Source of the DNA: an uncultured Parachlamydiaceae bacterium
GTDB taxonomy: Bacteria > Chlamydiota > Chlamydiia > Chlamydiales > Parachlamydiaceae
Direction: 5' to 3'
DNA length: 64,000 nt
Assembly: GCA_963748975.1 (NCBI GenBank)
Contig: CAVVKX010000032.1
Location: 7,860-71,859 of the forward strand
This document shows, in pieces, positions 19,601 through 29,299 of the stretch (position 1 is its first letter; each line of letters begins with the position of its first letter). The translations under genes were made by a program, and so were the position numbers. The notes under the pieces were generated by a model. It was not told the DNA's origin and did no database searches. It was given only the letters and a program-made list of their open reading frames with translations.

Positions 19601-19697
19601 ACGACATATCGCATCTAACCTTGTGTATAGGAAGGGGCTTTCATGGTCCCCAACCGTCGTCGATATTTTCCCCGTGCTCATTGCTCAATACGATTAA
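16629..19697 (+). CDS. gdh: Large NAD-specific glutamate dehydrogenase
   Basis: 1022 aa; SRGGLR, KNKDIPEGGSKG, GPDENM, GINHKEYGVTS, GGPDGDVAGN, EGANL, DSSANKGGV. Confidence 0.93.
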   Translation: MIKPTDKSKMPTASLLAAIENESKKFRENYLWLEQAMPPNFFQEVGQENAILLTHSLMGLHLQDYFSTIHFKGAAFVMCLDSADADLRILKNYAMFGIKNYETFVSNSAPPIPGIQAHLRIATLYFSELSESSEKPFTEEAKALLHQLIKERNPSITDQEFENLTSGINTRFLRSLPIERLKVAIDMFFRSRVSDHCQYEIHQNKHWKKDGSASLQIVLAWRNVPKYNFLYRLARIIHRHGLMMKRVNATYIDPFSRHSILVMVLELQGHSDKAAWEVADIPDFLRELVTSKYFASFDTIDDKLVNTGVVSGNMGNLLRTIVYFIHQALVHIDANLYTIENIEEALCRHPELTAYICKAFEAKFDPTRLNYDQYLNLRQKFLDDVNKLDTGQIEYDIRRKNVLQQAMNLVQHTLKTNFYRTNLTSISFRLDPQYLNHIPFERENKFPILPYGIFFIKGMHFFGFHIRFKDLSRGGLRTVFPEQIESEAVERNTVFTECYNLAYTQHMKNKDIPEGGSKGIIFLRPFERVESEAVILEKELEISRVDILEIQKKIESYKSEQKSEHLYQAQRSFIESLITIVNFNPDGTIRTKNIVDYLKRPEYLYLGPDENMHDSMIKWIAGFSAKYNYKPGTSFMSSKPRVGINHKEYGVTSLGINMYMEEVLKYLGIDPHTDPFTVKMSGGPDGDVAGNQIYNFYRYYPKTAKLLALTDVTGTINDPEGLDLSILVELFKQGLGIKNYPAQQLHPGGFLVDKTSKRSPTAFVQQTLCWRNQDGNLLQDWISGSDMNHLLRSNVHQTPTDIFIPSGGRPRTLNESNFNEFLDERGRPTAKAIVEGANLYLTPGARRELEKLGVLIIKDSSANKGGVICSSFEVLSGLALGDELFFNHKKEIVDDILERIKQYSLHEARLLLRTHKETGQYLTDISDQISDHINQFTFHLLDYLDKIALNNDPMDPAIKCFLDYCLPVLRDNFQDLLLKEIPEHHKKAIIARHIASNLVYRKGLSWSPTVVDIFPVLIAQYD

Positions 19698-19701
19698 ATA
19701 T

Positions 19702-22700
19702 TTATTTTATATACTCTTTTTTCGCATTTAGATCATCTCCCAAGCTTTTAATTTGAGTTTTGCTAAGATAACTAAGATTTTTTATTCCTGCTTCTCGCAT
19801 TTCATAAAAATTCGCGTAATTCATACCTGGATGATCAGAAGCTTGCGTAAAAAATAATCCGTTAATTTGTTCTTCAGACACATATTGTTTAGTAAAATCA
19901 AAACCTCTAATTTGCTGTTCAGACAGCATGATTAATTGAGAGGGTTTCAAAAAGGGAATCCAAACGTAAAGATTTTTAACGGTTAATTGTTGGATTAATG
20001 ACCTATGAAAATCACGAACATTATAAATCGGAAAAAGTGCTTCGGCTATTTCCTGGCTTACTTCGAAATCATTCTCAAAATCTATTTTTTTGATTTGTTC
20101 CTCTGTGACCATTCCTAATCTATGTTTATCAAGCAAATGTGACAAACTCTCCAGTTGGCCTTTATTATTTTTATTCAGATAGGAGAAATTGTCTCGGCCT
20201 CTTTGTTGTTTAAGATAATGATCCATACCTTTATTTTGATCGGGATGATCGGATTCTTGATAGTAAAATAACCCCTTAACTTGCGGTTGAGTCAAGGGGT
20301 ATTTATTGAAATCAAATTCTTGAATTTGCTGTTCAGACAACATGAAAAGTTGCGAAGGCTCTAGATACGGCAGCCAAGCGTAAAGTTTTTCCATGGGGTA
20401 TAATTTTTGAATGAAAGATAGCTTAGCATTAACAGGACTATAGACTGGAAATAATTCTTTAGCGATTTCCTTGCTAGGCTTGCATTTATTAATAAAGTCT
20501 AATTCCTCAAATTGCTTAAGAGTGATCAAGTTAAGCCTGTCTTTGTCTAATAAACCCAAACTCCACAAACTCTCCACTTGGCCTTTATTCTTTTTATTCA
20601 GATAGAAGAAATTGTCTTGGCCTCTTTGTTGTTTAAGATAATGATCCATACCTTTATTTTGATCGGGATGATCGGATTCTTGATAGTAAAATAACCCCTT
20701 AACTTGCGGTTGAGTCAAGGGGTATTTATTGAAATCAAATTCTTGAATTTGCTGTTCAGACAACATGAAAAGTTGCGAAGGCTCTAGATACGGCAGCCAA
20801 GCGTAAAGTTTTTCCATGGGGTATAATTTTTGAATGAAAGATAGCTTAGCATCAGCAGGACTATAAACTGGAAATAATTTTTTAGCGATTTCCATGCTAG
20901 GCTTGCATTTATTAATAAAATCTAATTCCTCGAACTGTTTAGGAGTGATCAAGCTATACCTGTCTTTATCTAATAAACCCAAACTCCACAAAAGCTCAAC
21001 TTGGTTTTTATTAAGATAGGAGAAATTCTCTCGTCCTCTTTTTTGTTTTTCATAGAAATCTCCTCTCTTATATGCTTCAGGGTGGTCGAGATCCTTACAA
21101 AAAAATAATCCATTAATATGAGCTTGAGTGACTGAGGGATGTTTGAAATCCAAGGCTCTAATTTGTTTCTCTGATAGCATGAACATCTGATAAGGAGTTA
21201 GAATATGTAGCACAGCATAAAGTTGTGGCATGGACAATTTTTGAATAGATGATAGATTAAAATCATTAGAATAAGGAGGGAATAAAGTATCGGCTTGTTC
21301 ACGAGTTAAAGGGAGTAATTGAGTAAAGTCTATTTTTTCAATTTGTGACCCAGATAAGAGCCTTAAGCGAGACGTATCTAAGCGAGGCCAAAGATCCATC
21401 ACTTGGTCTTTTTCCAAGCTTTCAATTCTGTCTTGTGTGATTTTATTTGCTTTTACCCTATTATAGTACTGTTCCTCATCTTCGCCTTCATTAACAGGAT
21501 AGGGGATCACCTTAAAGAAACTTTCAAATTGATCGGCTGTGAAGTTTGCAACTTTTAAGCCTTTAAACTGTTCAGGAGTTAACCAGCTGAGCCATTCTGC
21601 AGAGATTTCAGGAAGGATTTCATTGACAACCTTTGAAGTTAAGGACCTAAATTGGCTGAATGTGATTAATTTTAAATTTTTCTTATCCCAGTTTTTTTCA
21701 TCAAATTTAACGTCCCCTAAAAGTTTTATTGCACGCCCTTCAAAAAGTTCTCTTTGCCTTGTATTGAACGTCAAATATTTTTCTAATGTGATATTTTTGA
21801 TTTCCTCAGGTGTCATCAAAGCGACCTTCAGTCCAGAATCTTCCCAACTTTCTTCCAAATCACATATCTTTATTTTTGCTAAGAAATCAGGATCACATTC
21901 TTTTAGCATGTTTACCCGTTCAACCAACTGTACATGATCAAATTGCTTTAGTCTTTGTTTACAAGCTTTATTAATTTCATCTGCGAGTTTTAAATGATTC
22001 GGTATATTTTCATCTTTTATTGGACTATAGCTACCTATTTCGTCACTATCTTCATCAAAGCAAGCAAATAGGCGCACGATATTAATAGCATATTTAAAAA
22101 CTGCATCGCTCATGCCTTTAGGAATCTTTTTGTTTTGTCTATGGTCAGGGTAAACTAAGAACTCGGATTTTGTTATAGGATGATTTTTATCTAATTTAAG
22201 ATCAAAAAGATCAGGAAGATGATAAGCTTTTTGTGGAGCAGGCTTGTCTTTCTGCTTGGGTTTGTCGGCGACAATAACTGCTTCTGCTTTTTTTAGCGGT
22301 ATAATTGCTGGCTGTTCTTTTGCTTTTGGTTGTGTAGGGAGATTGTCCTTAACATTCAAGCCCATGTTATGTGGTTCTTTTTTTTGCGCTTCATCATTTA
22401 AGTTATTTGCATGACCATTTAACTTTTTTCCTTCAGGCTCATCAATTTTTTCTTGGGGTTGTTCGTTCTGATTGGGTAATTGCTGATCTGCGGGTTTATT
22501 CTGTTCCTCATGAACATTATTTTCTCTATTTTGCTCCAAATCTTTTAAAGCTTTTTGTATCCACGCTTTGTTATGGGATTCAATTTTGTTACGAGGAAAT
22601 TTTTCGCTATCTATACGGTTAAAACAATTTTCTACGCTTTTACAGTTCCAATAATGCGTTTCTTTTCCATTCTTAACGGAAACAGCAAAATGAAATAACT

Positions 22701-22842
22701 CTAAAATCCATCCAATAAGGCGAAAATTGTAACTATTAATTCCCCTTTTTATGACTTTCCCATTTTCGTCTTTTACTCCAGGATCCAGATTAATCCCATT
22801 AAATATCAAATTATCGCGATTGAATTCTTTTTTTATTATCAT
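19702..22842 (-). CDS. Large repeat protein with ~4 tandem ~140-aa repeats; candidate secreted effector
   Basis: 1046 aa; recurring LFPxY...IQKL...QLFMLSEQQI...FDF...GLF...DHP...NFSYLNK units. Confidence 0.85.
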   Translation of the reverse strand: MIIKKEFNRDNLIFNGINLDPGVKDENGKVIKRGINSYNFRLIGWILELFHFAVSVKNGKETHYWNCKSVENCFNRIDSEKFPRNKIESHNKAWIQKALKDLEQNRENNVHEEQNKPADQQLPNQNEQPQEKIDEPEGKKLNGHANNLNDEAQKKEPHNMGLNVKDNLPTQPKAKEQPAIIPLKKAEAVIVADKPKQKDKPAPQKAYHLPDLFDLKLDKNHPITKSEFLVYPDHRQNKKIPKGMSDAVFKYAINIVRLFACFDEDSDEIGSYSPIKDENIPNHLKLADEINKACKQRLKQFDHVQLVERVNMLKECDPDFLAKIKICDLEESWEDSGLKVALMTPEEIKNITLEKYLTFNTRQRELFEGRAIKLLGDVKFDEKNWDKKNLKLITFSQFRSLTSKVVNEILPEISAEWLSWLTPEQFKGLKVANFTADQFESFFKVIPYPVNEGEDEEQYYNRVKANKITQDRIESLEKDQVMDLWPRLDTSRLRLLSGSQIEKIDFTQLLPLTREQADTLFPPYSNDFNLSSIQKLSMPQLYAVLHILTPYQMFMLSEKQIRALDFKHPSVTQAHINGLFFCKDLDHPEAYKRGDFYEKQKRGRENFSYLNKNQVELLWSLGLLDKDRYSLITPKQFEELDFINKCKPSMEIAKKLFPVYSPADAKLSFIQKLYPMEKLYAWLPYLEPSQLFMLSEQQIQEFDFNKYPLTQPQVKGLFYYQESDHPDQNKGMDHYLKQQRGQDNFFYLNKKNKGQVESLWSLGLLDKDRLNLITLKQFEELDFINKCKPSKEIAKELFPVYSPVNAKLSFIQKLYPMEKLYAWLPYLEPSQLFMLSEQQIQEFDFNKYPLTQPQVKGLFYYQESDHPDQNKGMDHYLKQQRGRDNFSYLNKNNKGQLESLSHLLDKHRLGMVTEEQIKKIDFENDFEVSQEIAEALFPIYNVRDFHRSLIQQLTVKNLYVWIPFLKPSQLIMLSEQQIRGFDFTKQYVSEEQINGLFFTQASDHPGMNYANFYEMREAGIKNLSYLSKTQIKSLGDDLNAKKEYIK
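20158..21003. repeat. 423-bp intragenic tandem duplication
   Basis: Sequence from 20158 recurs at 20581 (offset 423 = 141 codons), nearly identical over the first ~270 bp. Confidence 0.9.
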
Positions 22843-22920
22843 AATAGCCTCATGAAATTTAAGATTATTATATATGAAAGTTCGTAAATTTGCAATGCAT
22901 TTGGGTTTGATTTACAATTC

Positions 22921-23096
22921 ATAATTCACCACTGAGCCAATGAGATCACTGAGAAAGTGTGAGATAATGAGGTTTGGGCTTTAATATTTACCTCAGACTA
23001 AATTATAAAACAGCTGGAGCACGGCATTCGACGCCTAATAGTGTAATCCTCTCAATTTTCTCATATTTTCTCATTGATCTCACTGCACTCAGTGGT
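22921..23096. mobile_element. MITE-like element with ACCACTGAG...CTCAGTGGT inverted ends
   Basis: Inverted arms of ~30 bp; the whole element matches the reverse complement of 50707-50860. Confidence 0.75.
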
Positions 23097-25454
23097 CATT
23101 TTTTTCTCGTTTTAGCAGGCTTATATTTTTGATCATTGAGCCATTCCACAAGTGATACAATAAGCTTATAGAAATCAGTAGGCGTATAATAATCCACAGC
23201 CTTATTGATTTGATCCTTGATTCTTGCTAAAGCTGTGTTAAAGTCTTCGATCGTTTGAATCTTTCCTTGACTGACTTGTTTAAAATGATCCTGTGCTTTA
23301 AGTTTAGATACCATATTGTTTAAATCAGACTCTACATCGACAAATTCACCGGGCTCATCTTGATATTTTTTTACTATTCCCTTTTGCAACACTAAAACTT
23401 TCAAAGCTTCTTCTTTCGTCAGCTTCCCCTCTTCTTTTCGTTTTCTTTCAATCTCTTGTAAAGCTTCTTCTTGACGTCTAGCTTCTAAGAATTGTTCTCT
23501 TTCGGGTTTATTTGCATTTTGCATATTCAGCAAATCTTCTAATTTTGGTTTAAGATAAGCTAAATAAACTCCCAGATATTCAATCGTGTTTCTTAACCCT
23601 TCGTGTAAATTATCATTATGATTATTTCTTAAATCTCGAAAAATGCTCTTTCCCAAGTCATTCATCACTGACACACCTAAATCTTCAGGTTCCAGTAATT
23701 CTTCTTCTTTTAGATTTTCTTTTTCCAGCGCAGCTTCACAAAATTCGATTATCTCTTTGATATGTTTTTGAATCTTTTTTAACCCTGGAGGGCTATTAAT
23801 AAGTAAATCTACTCGATTTTTATGTTTAGATTTCAAAGTTAAAATTTTATGATTATTATTATCTATAGGACCTTTTAAATCCTTGTTTTTTCCCTTCAAA
23901 TGATCAAAATTTTCAATAGCTTTCATTAATTGATCATGTGCATTCTGGACGACTTCATGACCCATTTTTGAGTTAAGCCAATCGACATTTTCCTGTTTTT
24001 GATTAGCGTTCTGCTTTAAGAGGTCCTCTTGTGGATCTTCCAAATCTCGAAGAATTTCATTGGGTTTGTTGAAAAATGCATCATTTGGAATCATTAAAGG
24101 AGCTTCTGCCTGTTGTGGAGCTTCTTTGTTAGGCTTATCATTGATTAAATCTAAAACAACCAAAGGTATCTCGACTGGATCTACGCGTTTAATCACAATA
24201 TCTTTGGCATTATTCTTTTTGATTAAAGCCTCTTCTGCTTCTTTCAATTGAGCTTGAAGTTTCACATTGGCTTGATTGCTTAGACTTAATAGTTCTTTAA
24301 AATCGTTATCATCTTTCATTAATTTGTCAGCTTTTTGACGCAGCTCTTTGTTCTCGTCTTCCAAAGCTTTTTTTTCATTTTCTTTTATAATTATCTTTTC
24401 TTGTAAGGCTGCTTTTTCATTTTCGAGAGCACCTATCTTTATTTTCAATTCATCAGACTTTTCTTGTGCATTCTTAATAGGATTTTCAGCCTCGACGATT
24501 TTATTTTTTTGATTTTGAATCTTTATTTTTAAATTCTGAATTTCGCTATTTAAACTTTCAGCTTCTGCTTCTTCCTCTATTCGAAATAGATTTTCTGCAA
24601 TTTTATTATTAAGTTGAAATCCTTCTACTTTTAAATTGCCGAATTTATTATTTATATGTTCAACATCTGCTTTTTGCTCCAATCCGGCGAGATTTTCTTC
24701 AACATTTTTTTTATTATGTAAATCTTTAAGCTCTTGAACTTTTTTCTCAATGTCTTTGTTTGCTATAAAGAGAGCATTGATATCATTTTCTTTATCAATT
24801 TTTAATTGATTGATTTTTTTTTCCAGTTCTTCAAGCTTATTATTATGATCTTCAACTTCATTTTTTCTTTCTTTCATTTGATCTTGAGTCACTTGAAGCT
24901 CTTGGTTTAGCTTTTCAATATGGCCTTCCAATACGACCATGTTTCTTTTCAAATCTTTAAGCAAGCGCTCTTTTTGATCAAACCCTTCTTTCAATTTAGC
25001 AAGCGTCTTCTCTTCATTATGTAATTGATCTCGAAGGATCTTCACTTTAAGAAGGCGGCCATCATGATAAGTTTTAACCATGTGATAGGCCCGATCAGGG
25101 TCCAACAAACATAAAAAAGGCAAAGTTGTTGAATGAAATACTGCACGCATAGTGTTGTTTAAATGGATCAAAAGAAGACCCCAAATTTAAATCTTGGGGA
25201 ATATTTATACAAAATTGAAATGCAAAAAGCGACAAACCTGAAATACATTTTCCGATAGTTAGGGCAGTGTGCATTAGGGCATCCGCCAAGGCTGTAAAAG
25301 CTACCAGAGCACATCCAATGATGCGCGCTGAAATTGGACCGAGGATATCATGCTTCACAGAATGATTCCATTGGGCCATTTTAAGAGTAAACATTTGGGT
25401 CATAGAAAAACTTTCTAAAGGCGTCAACGGACGGAAATAAATGTTGTTGGCCAT
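23096..25454 (-). CDS. Inc-like coiled-coil protein, paralog 3 (one frameshift at ~25170)
   Basis: ORFs 25095-25454 and 23096-25171 join by removing one base from a T4 run (DLNLGSS|LIHLNN), restoring colinearity with the two upstream paralogs. Confidence 0.8.
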
Positions 25455-25465
25455 ACGTACTCTTA

Positions 25466-26617
25466 TTAATTATTTAATTGTTTGTTGATTTCTGCTATTT
25501 TTTTCTTTAGCCCTAAATTTTCTTCGTTTTTTTGCTCTATCGTAGCTAAATATTTCTTATGATTTATATCATTTTTAATCTGCTGATTTTCTTCGTTCAA
25601 AGCTTTTTTCTGTAATTCAATTTCAGCTGTTTTTGCATTTAAATCGTTATTTTCAGTTTCTAGCTTGGCAAGCTTAACTATTGCTTTTTCATTATCTTCT
25701 TTATTTTCTTGTACTTTTTTCTCAGCTAATTCAAGCTTATTATTAATATCTAAAAGATCTTGTTTTAAATTTTTAAGCTGTAACTCCAAATTATCATTAT
25801 TTTCTTTGTATGCCAATTTGACCTTTTCCCCAATTTCATCAAATTGCTCTTTTGGTAAAGCTTGCTGCACCTGTTGTTTAATTAACTTAATTTGATCTTC
25901 AAGATTTTTTTTATCCATTTTCAGCTCTTCAATGCGCTGGTCCAAGGCGAGATTGGATTGATGACTTCTTTCTTCAGTTTCCTTATAATCTTTTTTTAGC
26001 TTTAAGATTTGTTTGTTATATTTATCCATTTCATCTTTGGAAACCTGACGAGCTTTATTGGATTGGATGATTTGCTCTTTAATATGATCCGTCTTTTGTT
26101 TTAATTGGATTAGCTCATGATCCTTTTGCTCATCTTTCAATTTTAATTCTTTAAATTTGATTTGTTCATCAATGATTTTTTTGGGGATGACTTTTTCGTC
26201 ATCGGGTTTAGGTTGATCTAATGGTTTGTCAATTTCGTGCCGTTGTGCAACTCGGTAAGCTTTATCTGGATTGAATAAGCACAGTAAAGGCAAGATAGCC
26301 ATGTTAAAAACCCCATAGACTACGTGGATGAGATGAGTCAGCGAAGATGAAATATGTAAATCAGGAGTAACATGAAAACAACCGCGGAAGCCCAATGCAA
26401 TCAGCGCGAGAGGGAATTTTATACTTGCTATAGTGGCATGCATTATAACATCGGCTAAAGCGAATAAAGCAACAAAAGCGCAACCCTCGACTCTTGCAAG
26501 AAAAGTGACTAAGCGTGAATGCGAGTGATTCCTAATAGCGATTTTTAAAGTAAATTCCTCTGCAATGGAGAAGCTTTCTAATTTTGTCAAAGGGCGTGAA
26601 TTTAATGCAATGGCCAT
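25466..26617 (-). CDS. Inc-like coiled-coil protein, paralog 2
   Basis: Shared N-domain (LESFS...NHS...AR.xGC...AD...H...PDL..SS...LP....PDKAY) followed by a K/E/Q heptad coil. Confidence 0.85.
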   Translation of the reverse strand: MAIALNSRPLTKLESFSIAEEFTLKIAIRNHSHSRLVTFLARVEGCAFVALFALADVIMHATIASIKFPLALIALGFRGCFHVTPDLHISSSLTHLIHVVYGVFNMAILPLLCLFNPDKAYRVAQRHEIDKPLDQPKPDDEKVIPKKIIDEQIKFKELKLKDEQKDHELIQLKQKTDHIKEQIIQSNKARQVSKDEMDKYNKQILKLKKDYKETEERSHQSNLALDQRIEELKMDKKNLEDQIKLIKQQVQQALPKEQFDEIGEKVKLAYKENNDNLELQLKNLKQDLLDINNKLELAEKKVQENKEDNEKAIVKLAKLETENNDLNAKTAEIELQKKALNEENQQIKNDINHKKYLATIEQKNEENLGLKKKIAEINKQLNN

Positions 26618-26755
26618 GATTTCCTCAAAATATTGATCAATAAATATATAGGAGTAAAAAAATTAAATAAAGAAAAATACTGTGATTTTGCAAAAGTAAA
26701 AGGAATTAAAACCCGTACACTTCCTAGTACGTGTGTTACCTAAATTATATTGTTC

Positions 26756-26857
26756 ATAAACCAAGAACAATTTTTTCGGGTCGGGCACGGGCACGCACAC
26801 GGGCAAGGGCACGGGATAAATAAACCAAGAACAATTTTTTGGGCCGGTCACGGGATA
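26756..26857. repeat. CACGGG hexamer array, second copy
   Basis: TCGGGCACGGGCACGCACACGGGCA is identical to 12449-12473; flanked by a duplicated ATAAACCAAGAACAATTTTTT. Confidence 0.8.
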
Positions 26858-26862
26858 ACGAT

Positions 26863-28881
26863 CTAACCGAATTTAAAACTTAGTTTGTTTACTGATGAAC
26901 CCAGATAACTTCCGTTGTTCAAATCAGCAACAATTCTTTGATAAAGTCCAAGTTTTTCACCATTTACTTTTTGACCTAGCTCAATCTCTTGTTTCATAGA
27001 TTTAAGTAAAACTTTAAATGCGATAAAATCCTTAATATCTTTGCAAACACTCTGAACCCATTCTTTTGCTTGATAATAATAATATCCTCTGGTAGCCTCT
27101 TCTTCCACGTTAATAAATGAAAGCAATTTTAAGGCCTCATTTTTATTAAAAGATTTAGCAGCCCTATCATTCCAAGCTACTGAATCAACATAGGCGCTAT
27201 TAATTAGTTTAATTAATTGCACCACTAATTTGAATTCTTCTGTTTCATCTTCAGGATTTAACTTTTGTTTTTTTGAAAATTGATTTTTTAACTCATCAAT
27301 CTTAGCTATAAGAGAATCAAAATCTGCAATGTTAGTCTGCTTTCCTACCACAGCATCTTTAATCATTTTATTCGTTTGAATAATGTTTTCATCTAATGCA
27401 GCGGTTTTTTGAACATCAACGAATGAAAGAGTTTTTAAAAGCTTAGCTTTTTCATTTTTTGTTTTAAGTTCTGCCTGGATTTTTTCAGCTCTTAATCTTT
27501 CTTGATCATTTTCAATTTCTTGCTTCTTGTGAACTCCATTCAGATTTTTTTTATCGATTTTACGCTGTTCAAAACGTGGTTGAATATGCTCCTGAACTTT
27601 TCGGTAAAGATTAAGTCTTTGCTTCGCTACTTCTGCGTCACTTGCCATTTTAATCTCTTTATTTGCATCTTTTCCATAGGGATCGATTTCTTTGAAATCA
27701 ATTTTATATGGCGTGCCTATACCTAAAAATCCTTCAAAATATAAAATCATCGCTTCAACAAATCCGTAATACTTTTTAAATGTAGGGCCATCCAAAATTT
27801 TATCAGCTTTGGTTTTTTGCATCTCCAGCTCAGTGTTAATAGGCTTTAATTTGGTGGCTTTGTTTTTCAGCATGTCCGCCAACATAATCCCATTCGCATT
27901 GAAAACATTGACATCCACGTTTTGCATAATCATCACTCCCAAGCCACTGCCTCCGCCCTGAAAAGGTGGGTTTTCCTTGCTCGGGGATCTTACTATTTTA
28001 GGTGATGAAACCGGACTTTTTGGACGTTCTTCATTTTTTTCCAGTTTTTGGAAAGGTATCAAGCCTTTGGCACCTTGTTCACCATTAATTTTTTTTTCTG
28101 CCGCCTCAAATTCGTTTATTAAGTTTTTTGCAATACCCTTGCCTATGATTTTTACATCTTCTTCGGCAAGTTTGTTTCCCTGCACGATATCTTTTTCTTT
28201 ACCTTCAACAGGCTTTACATCATTATTTTGCAAAGCTTCCAACTTTTTAATGAGATCTTCGATGATTGCTTGTGACTCTACTGTAGTGGCATTTAACTGC
28301 TCTTCGGCACCTTTTATATCAGCCTGCTTTTTAGCGTTTTCTTCGTTTAATTTTTTAGCTTGCAATTTCATATTCTCAAGCTCTTTGCTTAGCCTAGCAA
28401 TTTCTAATGGGTCTTCTTTTTTATTCTTTTGACCTTGCTCCAAATCTTTCAGCTTATTTTTGTAATAAAGTAGCTCTTTATTAGAAATGCCATCAGTTTG
28501 TGCACCGCGATAAGCACGGTCGGGATCAAATATCATGATAAAAGGAAGGGACGCTATTTTTGTGCCACGATCAATTGCAAACATAAAATGAACGACCGGT
28601 GAAGACACATCCAAATCTCTGGGAATTTTAGGAAAACAAAGTTTGAAAGGCTTCGTGGGCCATACAATACTGCCTTTAGATAGTGCTAAAGCAAGATGAA
28701 AGAAAATATCTGCGATGATGGCTAAGGAGACCGCTATGCAACCCACAATACGTGCGGAGACTTGCCCAAGGATGCGTTGTTTATCAGAATGATTCCATTT
28801 CATCATTGTTTGAGTGCATTTTGCTGTGAGAGAGAAGCGTTCAATAGACGTAAAAGGTGTGGCAGCAAGTACTGGATCCAT
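26863..28881 (-). CDS. Inc-like coiled-coil protein, paralog 1
   Basis: 672 aa; same N-domain (IERFS...WNHS...SARIVGC...DPDRAY); GGAGG RBS. Confidence 0.85.
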   Translation of the reverse strand: MDPVLAATPFTSIERFSLTAKCTQTMMKWNHSDKQRILGQVSARIVGCIAVSLAIIADIFFHLALALSKGSIVWPTKPFKLCFPKIPRDLDVSSPVVHFMFAIDRGTKIASLPFIMIFDPDRAYRGAQTDGISNKELLYYKNKLKDLEQGQKNKKEDPLEIARLSKELENMKLQAKKLNEENAKKQADIKGAEEQLNATTVESQAIIEDLIKKLEALQNNDVKPVEGKEKDIVQGNKLAEEDVKIIGKGIAKNLINEFEAAEKKINGEQGAKGLIPFQKLEKNEERPKSPVSSPKIVRSPSKENPPFQGGGSGLGVMIMQNVDVNVFNANGIMLADMLKNKATKLKPINTELEMQKTKADKILDGPTFKKYYGFVEAMILYFEGFLGIGTPYKIDFKEIDPYGKDANKEIKMASDAEVAKQRLNLYRKVQEHIQPRFEQRKIDKKNLNGVHKKQEIENDQERLRAEKIQAELKTKNEKAKLLKTLSFVDVQKTAALDENIIQTNKMIKDAVVGKQTNIADFDSLIAKIDELKNQFSKKQKLNPEDETEEFKLVVQLIKLINSAYVDSVAWNDRAAKSFNKNEALKLLSFINVEEEATRGYYYYQAKEWVQSVCKDIKDFIAFKVLLKSMKQEIELGQKVNGEKLGLYQRIVADLNNGSYLGSSVNKLSFKFG

Positions 28882-29010
28882 AAAAATCCTCCATTAATTA
28901 TTTTAATTCCAATTTAAAACGGAATAATATGAAATTCTTTATATTTTACAAAGAAAAATCGGATGGATTGCATACTAATCGTCAAAGTTGTTAATGAATG
29001 ATTATTGATT

Positions 29011-29229
29011 CGCAAAGCGTTGCGATGAGTAAACCAATCTTTAAAGGTGAAGAAGTTTCTCATCGCTTTTGGAGAGCGAAGGCCTTCCTTCGCTTTTCTT
29101 AAATGTGCTGACAAACGCCATGATCTTATAATACTTTGCTAAATAAAGCGAAGGAAAGCCTTCGCACTCCATAGCGATGCGCAGTTTATCTGTTCACAGA
29201 CACGTGTAGGCGCATCGCAACGCTTCGCG
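29011..29229. repeat. Nested inverted repeats: REP-like doublet inside a CGAAGCGTTGCGATG element
   Basis: Outer 17-bp arms at 29011-29027 and 29213-29229; inner ~35-bp arms at 29061-29096 and 29145-29179, each with an internal GCGAAGG..CCTTCGC palindrome. Confidence 0.8.
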
Positions 29230-29299
29230 TAAAATAAAATATGCCAAGTTTTCCTTCACTTTTCTTAAATTATTTAGCTTAAGTACCGCTTTTAGAACT

